From contig NW_024704743.1 in the NCBI RefSeq assembly GCF_018977255.1, positions 81,532,001 to 81,596,000 on the forward strand: a stretch of 64,000 bases of DNA, given 5' to 3'. The position numbers were made by a program, and so were the translations under genes. Numbering within the stretch: position 1 is the first letter of the stretch; the number at the start of each line of letters is the position of its first letter. The notes under the pieces are model-generated. The model was not told the DNA's origin. It saw nothing but the letters and a program-made list of their open reading frames with translations, and did not search any database. Below are positions 39,686 through 52,668 of this stretch, piece by piece. The DNA is from Callorhinchus milii (Eukaryota).

Positions 39686-40259
39686 ACAGCCAGGCAGGGG
39701 GCAGACCGTACATAAAATTCACCGAAATTAATGCTCACAGAGCAGAAAAGGAGCAGCACAAGAGGAAATGGATTGAAATGTTTATTTGCTGAAATAAATT
39801 GCAGCTGTAAAGCCATAACATGTGTATTTTGCAGCCCTTTGGAACACCAGGATTTAAAAACAGTCGCAAACATTCAAGCTCGTTGTTTATTCTGAGTACT
39901 CTAAAGCTAGAAAGTTTGGTCACAAATTGCTTGATTTAGTATTTAGTCAATTCATCTCTTGTCTGTACTCACATACAGGATGTTGTATTAGAGTTCAAAC
40001 TCAATCCTTCAGATTGAGTTTGCACACTCCACTGCTTGTAATTACATGCTTATTGACCCAAAAAGCAAAACAAAAAATGTGAAACAATGTTCTTTTAAAA
40101 ACACCACTGTAATCATTTACATCTACTGCACAGTGATTTTCTTCTTTCTTTTCTCTCTCTGTTAAGTACATCACATAAGGTATGCATCAGGATATAACAC
40201 ACCCACTCTCTTTGAGCAACATAAAATGACATACAATACTTTATATTATGCTATACAAT

Positions 40260-40810
40260 TTCAATTTACATTTATATAGCGCCTTTCATATTGGAAGGAT
40301 GTCCCAAGGTGTCTTTAACAATGACTCCCATTTGACTCTGCACTGAACACCTGCTCATAATGGGTTATTTCAACCTCCACCTAAACTCCCTTTGCACCAC
40401 CTCCTCAGATTCCACTGCCCTCCTTTCCTCCCTAAACCTCACCCCCCACATCAACTTGCCAACCTACAACCGTGGCCACTTCCTCGACCTCGTAATCACA
40501 CATGGCCTTGATATTCCCGACCTGTCTATAATAATAATAATCCTTGCATTTGATACAGTGCTTTTTCACATCTTCTCGACGTCTCAAAGCACTTCACTCA
40601 ATAGACTGTAAAGTGAATTGACTGTATATTTGTGGGTGAAACGCAGCAAAGTGAGTCAAAGTGGAGTCTTTGAAACAGACCTTGAAGGAGGTGAGGGAGG
40701 GAGTGAGTCGGAAGGACTCTAGGATGGAGTTCCCAAATAGGGGCAGATAGGCTGAAAGCTCGACCACCAATGGTGGGGTTGTTAAGACGCGGGGAATGAA
40801 GCAGACTGGT
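40260..40810. mobile_element. Mosaic: L2 tail (-), L2 endonuclease fragment (+, about 40340-40525), SINE tail (-, 40529-40647), L2 3' body (-)
   Basis: MGYFNLHLN...PHINLPTYNRGHFLDLVIT matches APE endonuclease motifs (GDFN, PT...G..LDL); flanks match the L2 and SINE copies elsewhere. Confidence 0.7.
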
Positions 40811-43161
40811 GCCCGCAGAACAAGAGGAACGGCTGGGGTTTGCTTACTGTAGTAGTGTTAACTATACTGTTCTACCGACAAACAAAATACTGTACTGCAA
40901 TTATAAAATGCAACATTTGCCATTTAGAATGAGTCATAGAATACATAAGGAAGCTCTTGTATCTATTGTGTCTAATTCCACCACTGGAGCTTTTTCTCCA
41001 AACCTATTTCTCCATTCAGCAGTGTTAAGCAATGAGACCATGCACCCTGGAAACTGGGTTGAGCCTGACTAAACTCATTTCATATAGAGTTAACTGGGTC
41101 AAAACCGAACAATTCTTCACAGTGGCTATCCAACTGGAACCGTCCACTTCACTGAACACCAAATCACTCCATCAAAGCTTCATAGAATATTTTCACTGGA
41201 ACAGATCATTTGGCCATCTAATCTGTGCTGATAATTTATCTACAGGAGTCACCTAATTCCACTCTTCTACCAGTTCACTTATAGTCTTTAATATTCCTCC
41301 TATTTAAGCATCTATCTAATTCACATTTTTGATATCAAGAACTGAGTTAGGGAGTTCACCTCTGGTATGATAAATATCAAATTTGATCCCAGTGGTATGT
41401 GCCAGGGCCCTGAGACGCTCTGTATCATAAAATCTTGCATAAGTCTGATCTGTATAAATCATCCAAGTCCTACATCTGCCCAAATTCCATTGAATTTTCT
41501 ATTGTTAATAAGTTTCACAAAACTCATATTTTGCATAAGTCACATTAAATGTATGGTTCCAACTGATACACTTATGTGAGATTTATTGTACAATGGTGCG
41601 TGTTAGTTGTGAATTATTTGGTTAGACTGTTCAAGCATCTGCAAAGATTAGTGGAAGCCTATAACTTTCTGCTCATTATCTTTCCAAAATATCTCCCAGC
41701 CTGTACCTTCATATGATGGTGGTGGGGTGTGGGAGGGAGTGTGGTGAGCTGAGTCTGCAGCAAGATGTTGAGTAACTATTGGGTGGCAGACAATACACCA
41801 ATCGCATCAGGCAAGTCTTTCAAATAGACTGATCAACCTGACTGCAGACTCCCCTTTAATAAGTTAACTGATGCAGATATAGGTTTGTGAACCTTGTAAT
41901 GTAAACCCAATATAAGAAAAACAACTGAAAGGGACAGCTTCTCATTAAAACGTTCCAGAAAATCGTGTAATCAAAAATAACATCTCTCTCTCGACACATC
42001 AGTCAGCGTTCAAATTTGGAGAGAAAGTTAATTTACTGTTAATCAAGTTTGACTTGTTCAGTGATATAATTGTATTCCACCTCACCATGTTATTATGTTT
42101 TAAATTTAGGTGTCCTGTAAATATATTCATATCATTTCCTTTGTTCTCATCCAGCCAGCAATAATAAGCAGTAAAACACCTCACTGGAAGAAAATGAAAA
42201 TGTAACTGGAGATTTGAAAAGAAAATGAATGCTGTGATTGTAAGTTTGATTACAAGACCTCTAAATATGCCCCATCCTTACCACTCCCCCTCTTTGCTAC
42301 TTGTGCTATTTCTGGGGATGAACAGACCAAACAGACCAGCACTAACAATGTCTGTTTACTGTCCTCTCTTGTGCCTCTTTTCAGAAGAACACTGAGAAGA
42401 ACACCGGGGATTCTACTGTGATGACTGGTTTGACTTGGGTTAAGGATCACTAGGGATCTGTTTACTACCTGAAGAATTCTACATTCCAATGAATTTAAGG
42501 CTAAATTAAAAATCTCTAATTCTAGATCAAGACCTCTTTCTCCACCTCCATGATATCACGTACCCCAGTCCTTGATGGAACCCAAACCACGCCTTTGTCA
42601 ACTCTGCTTTTGCCACCTTCTCAAATGCTCTCCTCACAGGTCTCTATCTTGTTCCAACCTCCACAAACTCCAGACTTAATCTTTCCAACAGACGCACATT
42701 GATAAGCTGCTGTCTGTGATCTTGTCTATCTGAAGGAAGCAGGATATGTGGATTCCTTTTGCTAGCTTCATCTGGTCTTGCAAATCTGACATATTGCTTT
42801 TTATTTCAAGTTATTTAAAACATGTTCACAACACATTCTTCTTTAGCCTCAGAAGCAAAACCAGATTGGCCCATTGAGCATTATTTACATAAAGCAAAGT
42901 GAAGGCATTTCATTGCAGCGAGCTTCATAGGAGAGAAATTAAACATTGGCAGGAACACACACACACCCAAATAGTAAACATAGGTTAATAATTAAGGGAT
43001 GGGATGATCCACTCCATCTAATGACATTTTGCATTACTTGCTGGATGGACTATGCAAAGACAGAAGAAAGCTTAAGGAGGCAATGTCATTCTGGTAAAAC
43101 TTGTGTATCACTTTGGCGCATCTGTAAATGCAAGTCATTTAACCGCAAAACACACATTTTT

Positions 43162-43325
43162 ACCAGATCTAAATATGTGTTACTTTAGCACATCTGTATA
43201 CACAGTCAATACACGTCACGTTACCAGATTTAAACATGTTACTTTAGCACAGCTGTAAAACGCAGGTTAATGAATGTCACTTCACCAGATCTAAACACAT
43301 GTTATTTTAGCACATCTGTAAACAC
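43162..43325. repeat. 61-bp tandem repeat, about 3 copies
   Basis: ACCAGATCTAAA...TGTTACTTTAGCACATCTGTA-like units at 43162, 43223 and 43284. Confidence 0.85.
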
Positions 43326-43505
43326 ACACATCATTTACAAAGAGGGAGCAACTCACCCGAAAAGTGTGAAAAAATATACTTGTATTTGTTCAAAGAGAAT
43401 TTATTGAAACAGAATGGATTAAGCACAATAAAAATGGGTTTATTCCTTATTCTTCCCTAGATATCACTAAAGTCAGCAGTAAGACAAAAACTCATTCTCA
43501 TTCCA

Positions 43506-43832
43506 TTAATAATAATAATAATAATAATCCTTGCATTTGATATAGCGCTTTTCATGTCAGGAGGACATCCCAAAGCGCTTCACAGAACACACTGTAAAGT
43601 GAATTGACTGTATATTTGTGGGCGAACGCGGCAGCCAATTGCGCCCAGCAATATCCCACAAACAGTCGTAGATTGAAAATGACCAATTTTATTATTGTTT
43701 TTGGTTTTGGAGGGATTATTATTAGGCGTGTGGAGTAAGGAAACTTGCCCAAGGTTTCGCCCTCTGCCTGGAATTGAACTCAGGTCTCTCACTTGCAAAG
43801 CGAGTGCTCTAACCACTGAGCTACAGGACTCC
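43506..43832 (-). mobile_element. Full-length tRNA-Ala-headed SINE with flanking direct repeat
   Basis: Same family; TCCATTAATA at 43502-43511 and 43830-43839. Confidence 0.9.
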
Positions 43833-44858
43833 ATTAATAGATTACTTGAGAATTAGTTAGTTCTTGAGGGCCTGGAATTCACGCTACTTACTCTGCTGGG
43901 CAGAATTCCAGGCAACTACAGCAAACACAGCAGTGATTGCACAAGTCATGACCTCTTTTGTTTACAAATCTGCGATCTTCCCGCTCTCCGGGCGAAGTCC
44001 GGATTACTTTGCTGGCCTGTCTGGTGAAGTGTGGGAGCAAGCATAAGTCACCCTGTCCTTGGCCAAAAAATACAGCAGCAGGGCCAGTGCAGCCTGGGCA
44101 GAAACTGTGCTTGTTATGCTTTTGCTGCTGAAAGTGGGATGAAGACCAAGGAACTAGATAGTATCAACTTCTGGAGGCCTCAACAGTGTGCCTCAAAAAG
44201 CACTAGTAGATGGTCATTTCATTAATTACAGTTGCACAATGCTAAAAAATATCTGTTGTTTTAAATCATTTAAAAAGAGGTAGTCATGCTTAGCAATGAC
44301 TCACTTCACAAGATCACAAGATTGGTTTGGATGAAGAAGAACCTTTGGCCCATCTGATCTCAGCCCACTATCCTCCTTTCAATGCATCAAGTTGCTTTAA
44401 AATTGAGTCCACCATCCTGGCCTCAACCACTCTTCCTGGCAAACGGTTCCAGTCATTATTTACATTACTCTCTGGGTAAAAAAAGACTTTCTGGTAGCTG
44501 TTCTGAAATTGCCCTTTGCAACTGTAAACCTGTGTCTTCTTGTTGTACTGTCCTGACAGTGTTAAATCTTTGTTATTTTACATTACTTACAAACACAAAA
44601 ACTCGGGCTTTCGATGGATCAGTTGATGAAGCTACTTATTAGAGCATAAGTGAAATACAGCTGAAAAAGTCCAGGTTTCATGGCTGTTCTACACTGATTT
44701 AGTAGATCTCAGTGAAGTTCACAGTAAGTGATCAATAATAGCAATCAGCATCCCTGGTGGAAATATCAGACAGGGTTTCCACAGCTCACTTTCTAGTATA
44801 TCTGCGCGTGTGGATATCGAATTAGAATAGGGTCAGACTTGGCCAGATCGCTTCTATT

Positions 44859-44952
44859 ATTGACCTCTCGGCTGTGAAATCCTCAGGATTGACGTCTCAG
44901 CTGTGAAACCCTCACTATTGATTATTTGGCTGTAAACCCTCAGGCTTGACCA
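44859..44952. repeat. 29-bp tandem repeat, about 3.3 copies
   Basis: ATTGAC...GCTGTGAAAnCCTCA-like units at 44859, 44888 and 44917. Confidence 0.75.
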
Positions 44953-45308
44953 TTCTGCCAACAGTCACAGTTTACACTCACACACAAAGGATGTGTATTG
45001 GGCGTGGGCAGTGAAGGCATCTTAGCCTGGTAAGAGTCACTCATTACTTTCACAAAAGCAGGGAGAAAACTGGAAAGGAGTGGGATTAGAAATTGCCTAC
45101 AAAATACACAGTCAACTCACATTACAATTTATCCTGTGAAGCCCTTTGAGACGTTTCTGTATCAAATACAAGGATTACTATTATTATTATTAAATAATAG
45201 GATAATGTATTCAAAATCATGTGAAAATGCTGTTTCTGTTTCTTTTCGATGTGCTTCTCACATGAGATGGTTCAGTGCTGCTTCTTTCATAACTACACTG
45301 ATTATGTC

Positions 45309-47762
45309 AACAATAACAACAACAACTTGGATTTATATAGCGCCCTCCACACCAGACGGTGTCTCAGAGCGCTTCACAGTAACGGATCCGGGGCCGAGCC
45401 AGGGGGAGGGGGAGGAAGGTGACCAAAGGCGCGTTCAAAAAGAAAGAACTATAGACCAGTTAGTCTGACATCAGTGGTAGGGAAAATTCTTGAGTCCTTA
45501 ATTAAAGATGTCGTTATGGGATTCCTGGAAGACCATAACAAGATTAGGCAGAGTCAACATGGCTTTACAAAAGGGAAGTCATGCTTAACTAATCCTTTAG
45601 AGTTTTTTGAAGATGTATCTAGCAGGTTAGATAGGGGGGAACCAGTAGATGTAGTATATTTAGATTTTAAAAGGCATTTGACAAAGTGCCACACAAAAGG
45701 CTATTGCACAAGGTTAAGGCCCACGGGATTAATGGGAACATATTAGCATGGATTGAAGAGTGGCTAACAGGTAGAAAACAGAGAGTAGGGATAAATGGGT
45801 CATTCTCGAATTGGCAGGATGTGACTGGTGGAGTGCCACAAGGATCAGTGCTTGGGCCTCAGCTATTTACAATTTATATCAATGATCTAGACGAGGACAC
45901 TGAATGTAATGTATCTAAATTCGCGGATGACACTAAACTAGGTGGGCGAGTAAGCTCTGAGGATGATGCAAAAAGATTGCAACGGGGTATAGATAGGCTA
46001 GGGGAGTGGGCGAGTAGGTGGCAGATGGAATTTAATGTGGAGAAGTGTAAAGTTATTCACCAAGGTAGCAAAAATAGAAAAACAGATTAATTTCTAGAGG
46101 GGGGAGAGATTAGATAATGTTAGTGTTCAGAGGGATTTGGGTGTCCTTGTACACCAGTCTCAAAAAGTTGGTTTGCAGATGCAGCAAGCAACTAAGAAGG
46201 CGAACGGCATGAAGCGTTCATTGCAAAAGGTTTAGAGTACAAGAGTAGGGAAGTCTTGCTGCAACTGTACAGGGCCTTGGTGAGACCGCACCTAGAGTAT
46301 TGTGCGCAGTTTTGGTCTCCTTGTTTAAAAAAGGACACACTTGCCTTAGAGGGTGTGCGGCGTAGATTCAGTAGGTTAGTTCCTATGATGAGGGGATTGA
46401 CCTATGAGGATAGGCTGAATAAACTAGGGCTGTATTCTCTAGAGTACAGAAGAATTAGGGGAGATCTTATTGAAACATATAAGATTCTTAAAGGGCTGGA
46501 TAAAGTAGACACTGAGGGACTGTTTCCCCTGGTAGGAGAATCTATAACCAGGGGTCACAGTCTTAAAATTAAGGGTCAGCCTTTTAGAACAGAGTTGAGG
46601 AAACATTTCTTCACTCAGAAGGCTGTAGATGCTCAGTCTTTGAGCATTTTCAAGGTTGAGACTGATAGATTTTTTAAAAAATAGAGGGATTAGGGGATAA
46701 GGGATAGGGCAGGTAATTAAAGTTAGGTCAGAAGATCAGCCATGATCTTATCGAATGGCAGGGCAGGCTCGAGGGGCCGAATTGCCTACTGCTGCTCCTA
46801 ATTCTTATGTTCTTATGTTCTTATGTCTTCAGCAGAGACCTGAAAGTAGGAAGAGATGGGGCGAGGTGAAGGGAGTGAGGAAGGGAGTTCCAGAGCCTCG
46901 GGTCATAGTGGCTGAAGGCACGGCCGCCGATGATGGAGAGGAGGATTCGGGGGACAAGGAGGGGGCTAAACCCGGTGGAGCAAAGGTAACAGGCACTGTT
47001 GTGAGGAGAGAGGAGGCCAGAGAGGTAGGGGGACGCGGAGGAGTGGAGGGATTTGAAAACAAGGGTGAGGATCTTGAAATCGATCCTCTCTGGGATAGGC
47101 AGCCAGTGCAGTCTGGCAAGGACCTGGTAATCGGGGAGCGGAGTTTGGTGCGGGTAAGAATGCGGGTGGCAGAGTTTTGAATAATCTGGATTTTATGGAT
47201 GGTAGTGGATGGGAGACCGGTGAGGAGGGCATTTGAATAGTCCAGCCGAGAGGTGACAAAGGCATGGACCAGGGTTTCAGCGGCTTTTGGGATGAGGTAT
47301 TGGTGGAGACGGGTGATGCATCGGAGGTGGAAGAAAGCGGTGCTGGTGAGGGATCGGATGTGGGGGAGGAAGGATAATTGGGAATCAAACCTGATGCCTA
47401 GGTTGCATACGGGTTCGGAGAGTTTTAGGGGGAGGTCAGGTAGGTGAAGGAAGTGAGAACCGTGAGATTTCAGACGTTGATGAGAGGCAAAGAGTATGGC
47501 TTCCATCTTGTCAATGTTCAGCTGAAGGAAATTTGAGCTCATCCAGCCCCTGAGGTCTGACAGGCAGGCTGACAGAACATCAGGGTGCAATCTGCATACA
47601 TGTGGAAATGTACCCCATGTCTGAGGATGACATCCCTAAGAGGGAGCATGTAGATCAGAAAGAGGAGGGGGCCAAGGATGGACCCTTGGGGGATCCCGCA
47701 GGCACCCGGGTGAGAGCGGGAGGAGAAGCCGTTTGTGCAGATGTAATGCTGGCAGTTTGTAA
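45309..47762 (-). mobile_element. L2 LINE (same subfamily as 32025-33222) interrupted by a CR1
   Basis: Tail at 45309-45446 and body at 46827-47762 (ACLSDLRGWMSSNFLQLN, AETLVHAFVTSRLDYSNALL) are collinear with the 32-kb copy. Confidence 0.92.
45447..46826 (+). mobile_element. 5'-truncated CR1 LINE with (TTCTTATG)n tail
   Basis: [61 protein letters not shown] motifs; octamer-repeat 3' end typical of CR1. Confidence 0.95.
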
Positions 47763-49891
47763 GGTAGCAACAGACAATGGGAGCACTTGTCTCATTTCCA
47801 GGAATCCAGGAAATCGATAGCTATCTGGCACCTTCTGGCACATTGCCTGAAGAATTGAGCTGCTTCTAAAGCTGAACTAAGCCTAGTACTTTTGGCTTTT
47901 GTTATCTCTCGTGTTTGGTTCTTAAAGGGCAAAGAAACTCTCAGGTTCAGTACTTTGACAAATAAGTACAGTAGATTAATTCCATGTAATAATTTTTTTA
48001 TTGAGTAATGTACTTGGTTAGAAAACTATCTTAAAAGGCTCTTCTGCAGTTGTGTATTTTGTACACAAAAAAGACAGAATGTACTCAGATGACATCAACA
48101 AAAAGATTATTTTCTAACTCCCTCAATACATCCACTGTGGAACATTAATGTGTCTGGTCTGTTTCCAGATCAGATTGAAACTATTGTTTTCTTTAGTTAA
48201 GGAGAAAGGAATGTGCTTTAAATATTACTTATTTCACTGTTTTGTATATATAATAAACAATCAAAAGGGCAAAATTAAACCAATCACATTTTCATGTGAC
48301 ACTGTCCCTCCTTTAATTCCCACTGCATTGGAGCATTGCTCTGATGGCCACTGCAATCTGCACTACAGTATCCACAGAAATAAATACACATTCAATGGTC
48401 GGAACTTAATAATTCAAATCATGGCAAAATAACACTCCTTCAGTCTTCATGAGTTTTGTGTTTTTATTGAGTACCGGGAAAGTGCAATATTCTCCCCATT
48501 GTTGATCTTTGTGTGACCATCAGGTGCCCCTAGGTCAAGTACAGCACAAATTAATATTAAAGTTCCCTCTTACTCTGCACTGACAACAGGGGAGCAATTC
48601 TACCTGGCTCTAGACTTATTTTATTAATGTAACATTTTGCACGTCTTTAAATACAATCTTAATTTTGTTTGTTTTAGGAATGACAGAAAACTGACTTCAA
48701 TATTAACAATTTCTCAAATTCTGGGTGCTCTAAAATGCCTCAACACCAACCTTGGAAAGGCACTTGTTCTGCGTGACATTTCCCCACACCAGCATGGTGT
48801 GATCTCTGGGTTAGATTGCCAAGTTATTGCTGACAAGTGCCGGTTTAAGATAGGTTTAAGCGCGCAGGTAGGTCCAATAGGTTTGGGAGGTCGGTACTGA
48901 TAATCAACAGCTGGAATAATTTAAATCGTGACAGAAGCCACAACACTGGAATCATTCAAGAAACAAGTTGAACCTTTAATAGAATAGGGTGGATACTGCG
49001 GAAGGCTGAGATCAAATGGGCCAGAGGATTTGTGTCTGCTTTAGTGCTAACTATAATATCACAGATCACATATCCTACCCCCCCACCACTCGAAAGAAAT
49101 CACACCTGCTGACTGCCTGACATAAACCTGATGAGAGGCATCGGGTAATGATTTTTGTTCAGAGTACATCCAGGGCAATTAATTGTCTCATTTAGCTTAC
49201 AGAATTACCTCCTCCACAGGCAATGGGGTTATGTTGATTGAGGTGATATTGTTACCTCTGGTGTTAGTTCCTACTATCTCCTGAGGTGCTTCTTCAGCCC
49301 AGCTCTGGATGCAACAGGTGCTTCTTCAACATGCAAAAATATCTGATGTTGAGTTTGTGGCACCCTTGCTTTCTGAGCGATCAGTCTACCCCAAACAGAA
49401 AGATGCCAGAACAAATGATGATGGCCAGGAAAAAAAAGTGGTGATTCATGACTTGGTGCTGTAACTGGAATTTCCATATTAAACAAAGAGATAACCTTAG
49501 GCTTCCTGTCTCTCTTTGAACTGGTCTCCAAGTTTATATGCTAAATGCAAAAGCATCATGGTCACGTGTCTCCTAGACGGCTGACTGAGGCATCGGATTG
49601 AAAGGGGTCTGAGAGAAGCCCTCAAGCCTGGGCAAGAAATGATGCACATGGAGGAGCAATCAAACATAGAAACAGGAGACAAGCAAGGGAATGCAAATCC
49701 TCAGAATGTCGCTCATCCAATCATTTATTTAGGTTCTAAATGTAAGCTTCAATGTATGTCACTCATAAGGTTAAATCCAGTTTCACCAGTCTGCAATCTG
49801 TCTCACTTTAGACGACCAAAAGCCTCACTCCCCACTTTTCCCCTTCTTGACAACATTAAAAAAATGGATGAGGTAAACAAAGACTCTTACA

Positions 49892-50013
49892 AAATGCAAA
49901 ATACTGCAGATGCTGGAAATCTGAAAACAAAAACAGAAGTTGCTGGGAACACTCAGCAGGTCAGGCAGCCTGACCTGCTGAATGATCCCAGCGACTTCTG
50001 TTTTTGTTTTCAG
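49892..50013. mobile_element. Short palindromic insertion flanked by an 11-bp direct repeat
   Basis: 47-bp inverted arms centred on 49967; AGACTCTTACA at 49881-49891 and 50014-50024. Confidence 0.75.
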
Positions 50014-50802
50014 AGACTCTTACAGGCTGGCGTGACAAGGTTCAGTTACAAGATGTTTTAATGTCAAGCATAAGGTGGTAAGAAGAAGATAATATCTGCA
50101 GTCCAGGGTGCACTGGAAATATTATCAAAGTGCCAAACAAATCACATTTCTGCATGAAGTCACATGTGGTGGAATGAGGTGAGAATAGTTATTTCTGAAT
50201 GTGGAAGCCTTAAGCCCTGAGTATCAGGTAGAACAACATTCAAATGGCCAAAGTCATCAAGCAAACATATTCTTTTACCCTAGGTCACATCTGAATCAGT
50301 GGTGAGCAGACAGGAGATACACAGAAACTTGCTGAAGTATTTGCTATGAAGGTTGCAGAAGGAGCGTAGGGTGAAGCAGGGGAGGGAATTGCCTTCTCTA
50401 AAGTACAAAAGCAGAACAGAGTTCTCCCTTAATACAGCTTTGTGGCATCACACTCAGAACATACAACTGTTGTCAGCGCAATACCACCGAGCTCTGGGCT
50501 CTAACATTCCAGGATTTAAAGTGACCTTCAGTCTCTCAAGCCTGGTGTTCTTTTAGTTATCATGTGAGCAGTAATGGATGAGGCAATTTCCTCTTGATAA
50601 AAATATTTTTCATATATTTTAAAAATATTATTGTATTTGAAAGGCACAACATAATCTTAATGTTCAAGTGGTCCTTCTTTGCTTTAATTACCTTAAACAA
50701 ATAGTGGTGAATATGTGAAATAAACTGCCCAGAGAAGGGAGGTGGAGGAAGATTGTGTCAGCTAATTCAAGAAGGTATTATTAAGCTATTTGGATAATAA
50801 AT

Positions 50803-51360
50803 TAATAATAATTCTTGCAATTGATGTAGTGCCTGTCACTTTGGGATGATGTCTCAAAGTTGTTCACAGAATATACTGTTATGTGGTGACCATATTTTGT
50901 AAGTAAACACAGCTGCCAAATTGCATACACCAATGCTCCACAAACAGTGATGAAGTGAATGATCAATTTAATCTGAAGGATTATTGGCTAGTTCACCACG
51001 AGAAACACTCTTCTCTGTCCCAGTAGTTCTATGGATCTTTAATGCCCACCTGAACAGGCAGATGGGATAAATCGCATACACTGTATCCCATTCACCTACA
51101 AGACATATGGTCATTACAACTTTATAGGGTTACCTGTGAAGCACTTTGAGACACCATCCCGATGTGAAAGGCCATATCAAATTGAAGGTTATTATTATCA
51201 TTATTATTATGGGACATCAGTTGAAATTTCTCATCTAAAGAATGGCACTCCAACAACAATACAGCATACCAGTGTCAGCCTTGACTGATGTGAGTCCCAA
51301 CGTGAGGCTTGAACCTGTTACCTTCTGACTTAAAGCTCAGAGTGCAACCGTCTGAGCCTG
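50803..51360 (-). mobile_element. Degraded Deu-type SINE interrupted by an oppositely oriented SINE tail (about 51080-51210)
   Basis: Tail, core (GGATCTTTAATGCCCACCTGAACAGGCAG) and head (CTTGAACCTGTTACCTTCTGACT) in order on the minus strand. Confidence 0.6.
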
Positions 51361-52494
51361 GCTGTCACCTAAAAGTTGACTGAGGGTACAAGAGATGATT
51401 TAGTGAAGAATTGTTTTTTTACTTTAAGACCAGCTAGATGGACAACAATTGTCTTTTCCGATCCTGAACAATCTTACTCTCTTTCATATTTTCTCTTCAA
51501 TTGCCTGGAATATTCTCCTTATGCTATATACAGTGATATTACAATAGCAGAAAACAATTGAATGAACAACAGAGCACTCCATTTACAAACAATACTGCTG
51601 TCCCTGCACTTAATCAAATACAAAGTAACATGGATCATATTAAATCCCCTTACCCCGTGAAGAGGGCTCTATAAATACAAGTCGTTATTTTTGTTATTGT
51701 TGTTGGTGGTGGTGATGCTCATTGTACACTACACTGTAATAGTAATAATAATAATAATAATCCTTGCATTTGATACAGCACCTTATCACGTCTTTGAGAC
51801 GTTGCAAAGCACTTCAATTGTCCCTCAGTTTTGATGAGAAATTTGAAGTCTTGGTTTTTATAGGATCATAGGAGAGGTTTTGAATGAAGATCTCACTTGT
51901 AGAATACCAACACCATTCTCCCATCACAGCATCAAGCTGATTTTGAAATGTCTAACCTCAGCTAACCTTCCATGAAACCCATTCCAGTCATTGTGTCTGT
52001 ACTGAAATACCCCTTTGCAACCCTGAACCAGTGACCTCTTGTTGAGTGCTCTCATTGCATCTGAAAGAATTTATTTTTGTTTCTGGCTCTCCCTTTTTCA
52101 GCAAACTCTCCCAACTTCAAACTTCACGAGAACCTTAAAAGTTACTCAACCCAGCAAAACACCAGATTTGAGATCTAAAATTATGCAGCTGCAACTTTGT
52201 CGATTCAGTTTCAAATTTCACTACAAGTCATACAGAATACAGAACAGTCTGTGATCTAATTCCCAAATATGAGTTGGCAGGAATAATACCACAAAGCAGT
52301 ACAAAATCCTTTTAAAAAACAATGATCTCTGTCTGATCTTGTTTCCAAACATGTTTTGTCATAAAATGGAAATTCTCCAAATTAAAACAAAAAAGCCTCA
52401 CAGCCTATTGATTTCAAACCTCAAAAGCAAATGAACAGCAATTCATAACAATTTTTTTCCAATTTTTAACAGAGTTTGCAAGTTATTAAAAAAA

Positions 52495-52668
52495 AATTGG
52501 TCATTTCAATCCACGACTGTTTGTGGGACACTGCTGTGCGCAATTGGCTGCCGCATTTTGCCCACAAATATATAGTCAATTCACTTTGCAATCTATTCTG
52601 TGAAGCGCTTTAAGATGTCTAGAAGGTGTGAAAAGAGCTATATCAAATGCAAGGATTATTATTATTAT
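52495..52668 (+). mobile_element. SINE 3' half
   Basis: AATTGGTCATTTCAATCCACGACTG...CAAATGCAAGGATTATT; similar pieces at 22120-22273, 53455-53617 and 58815-58982. Confidence 0.8.

Noticed and set aside
43162..43325. CRISPR-like repeat-spacer array
   Set aside because: Vertebrate intron, only three units, spacers related to each other, no cas genes.
45474..46684. Functional reverse transcriptase gene
   Set aside because: 5'-truncated CR1 with frameshifts and stops; the same applies to the L2 copies.
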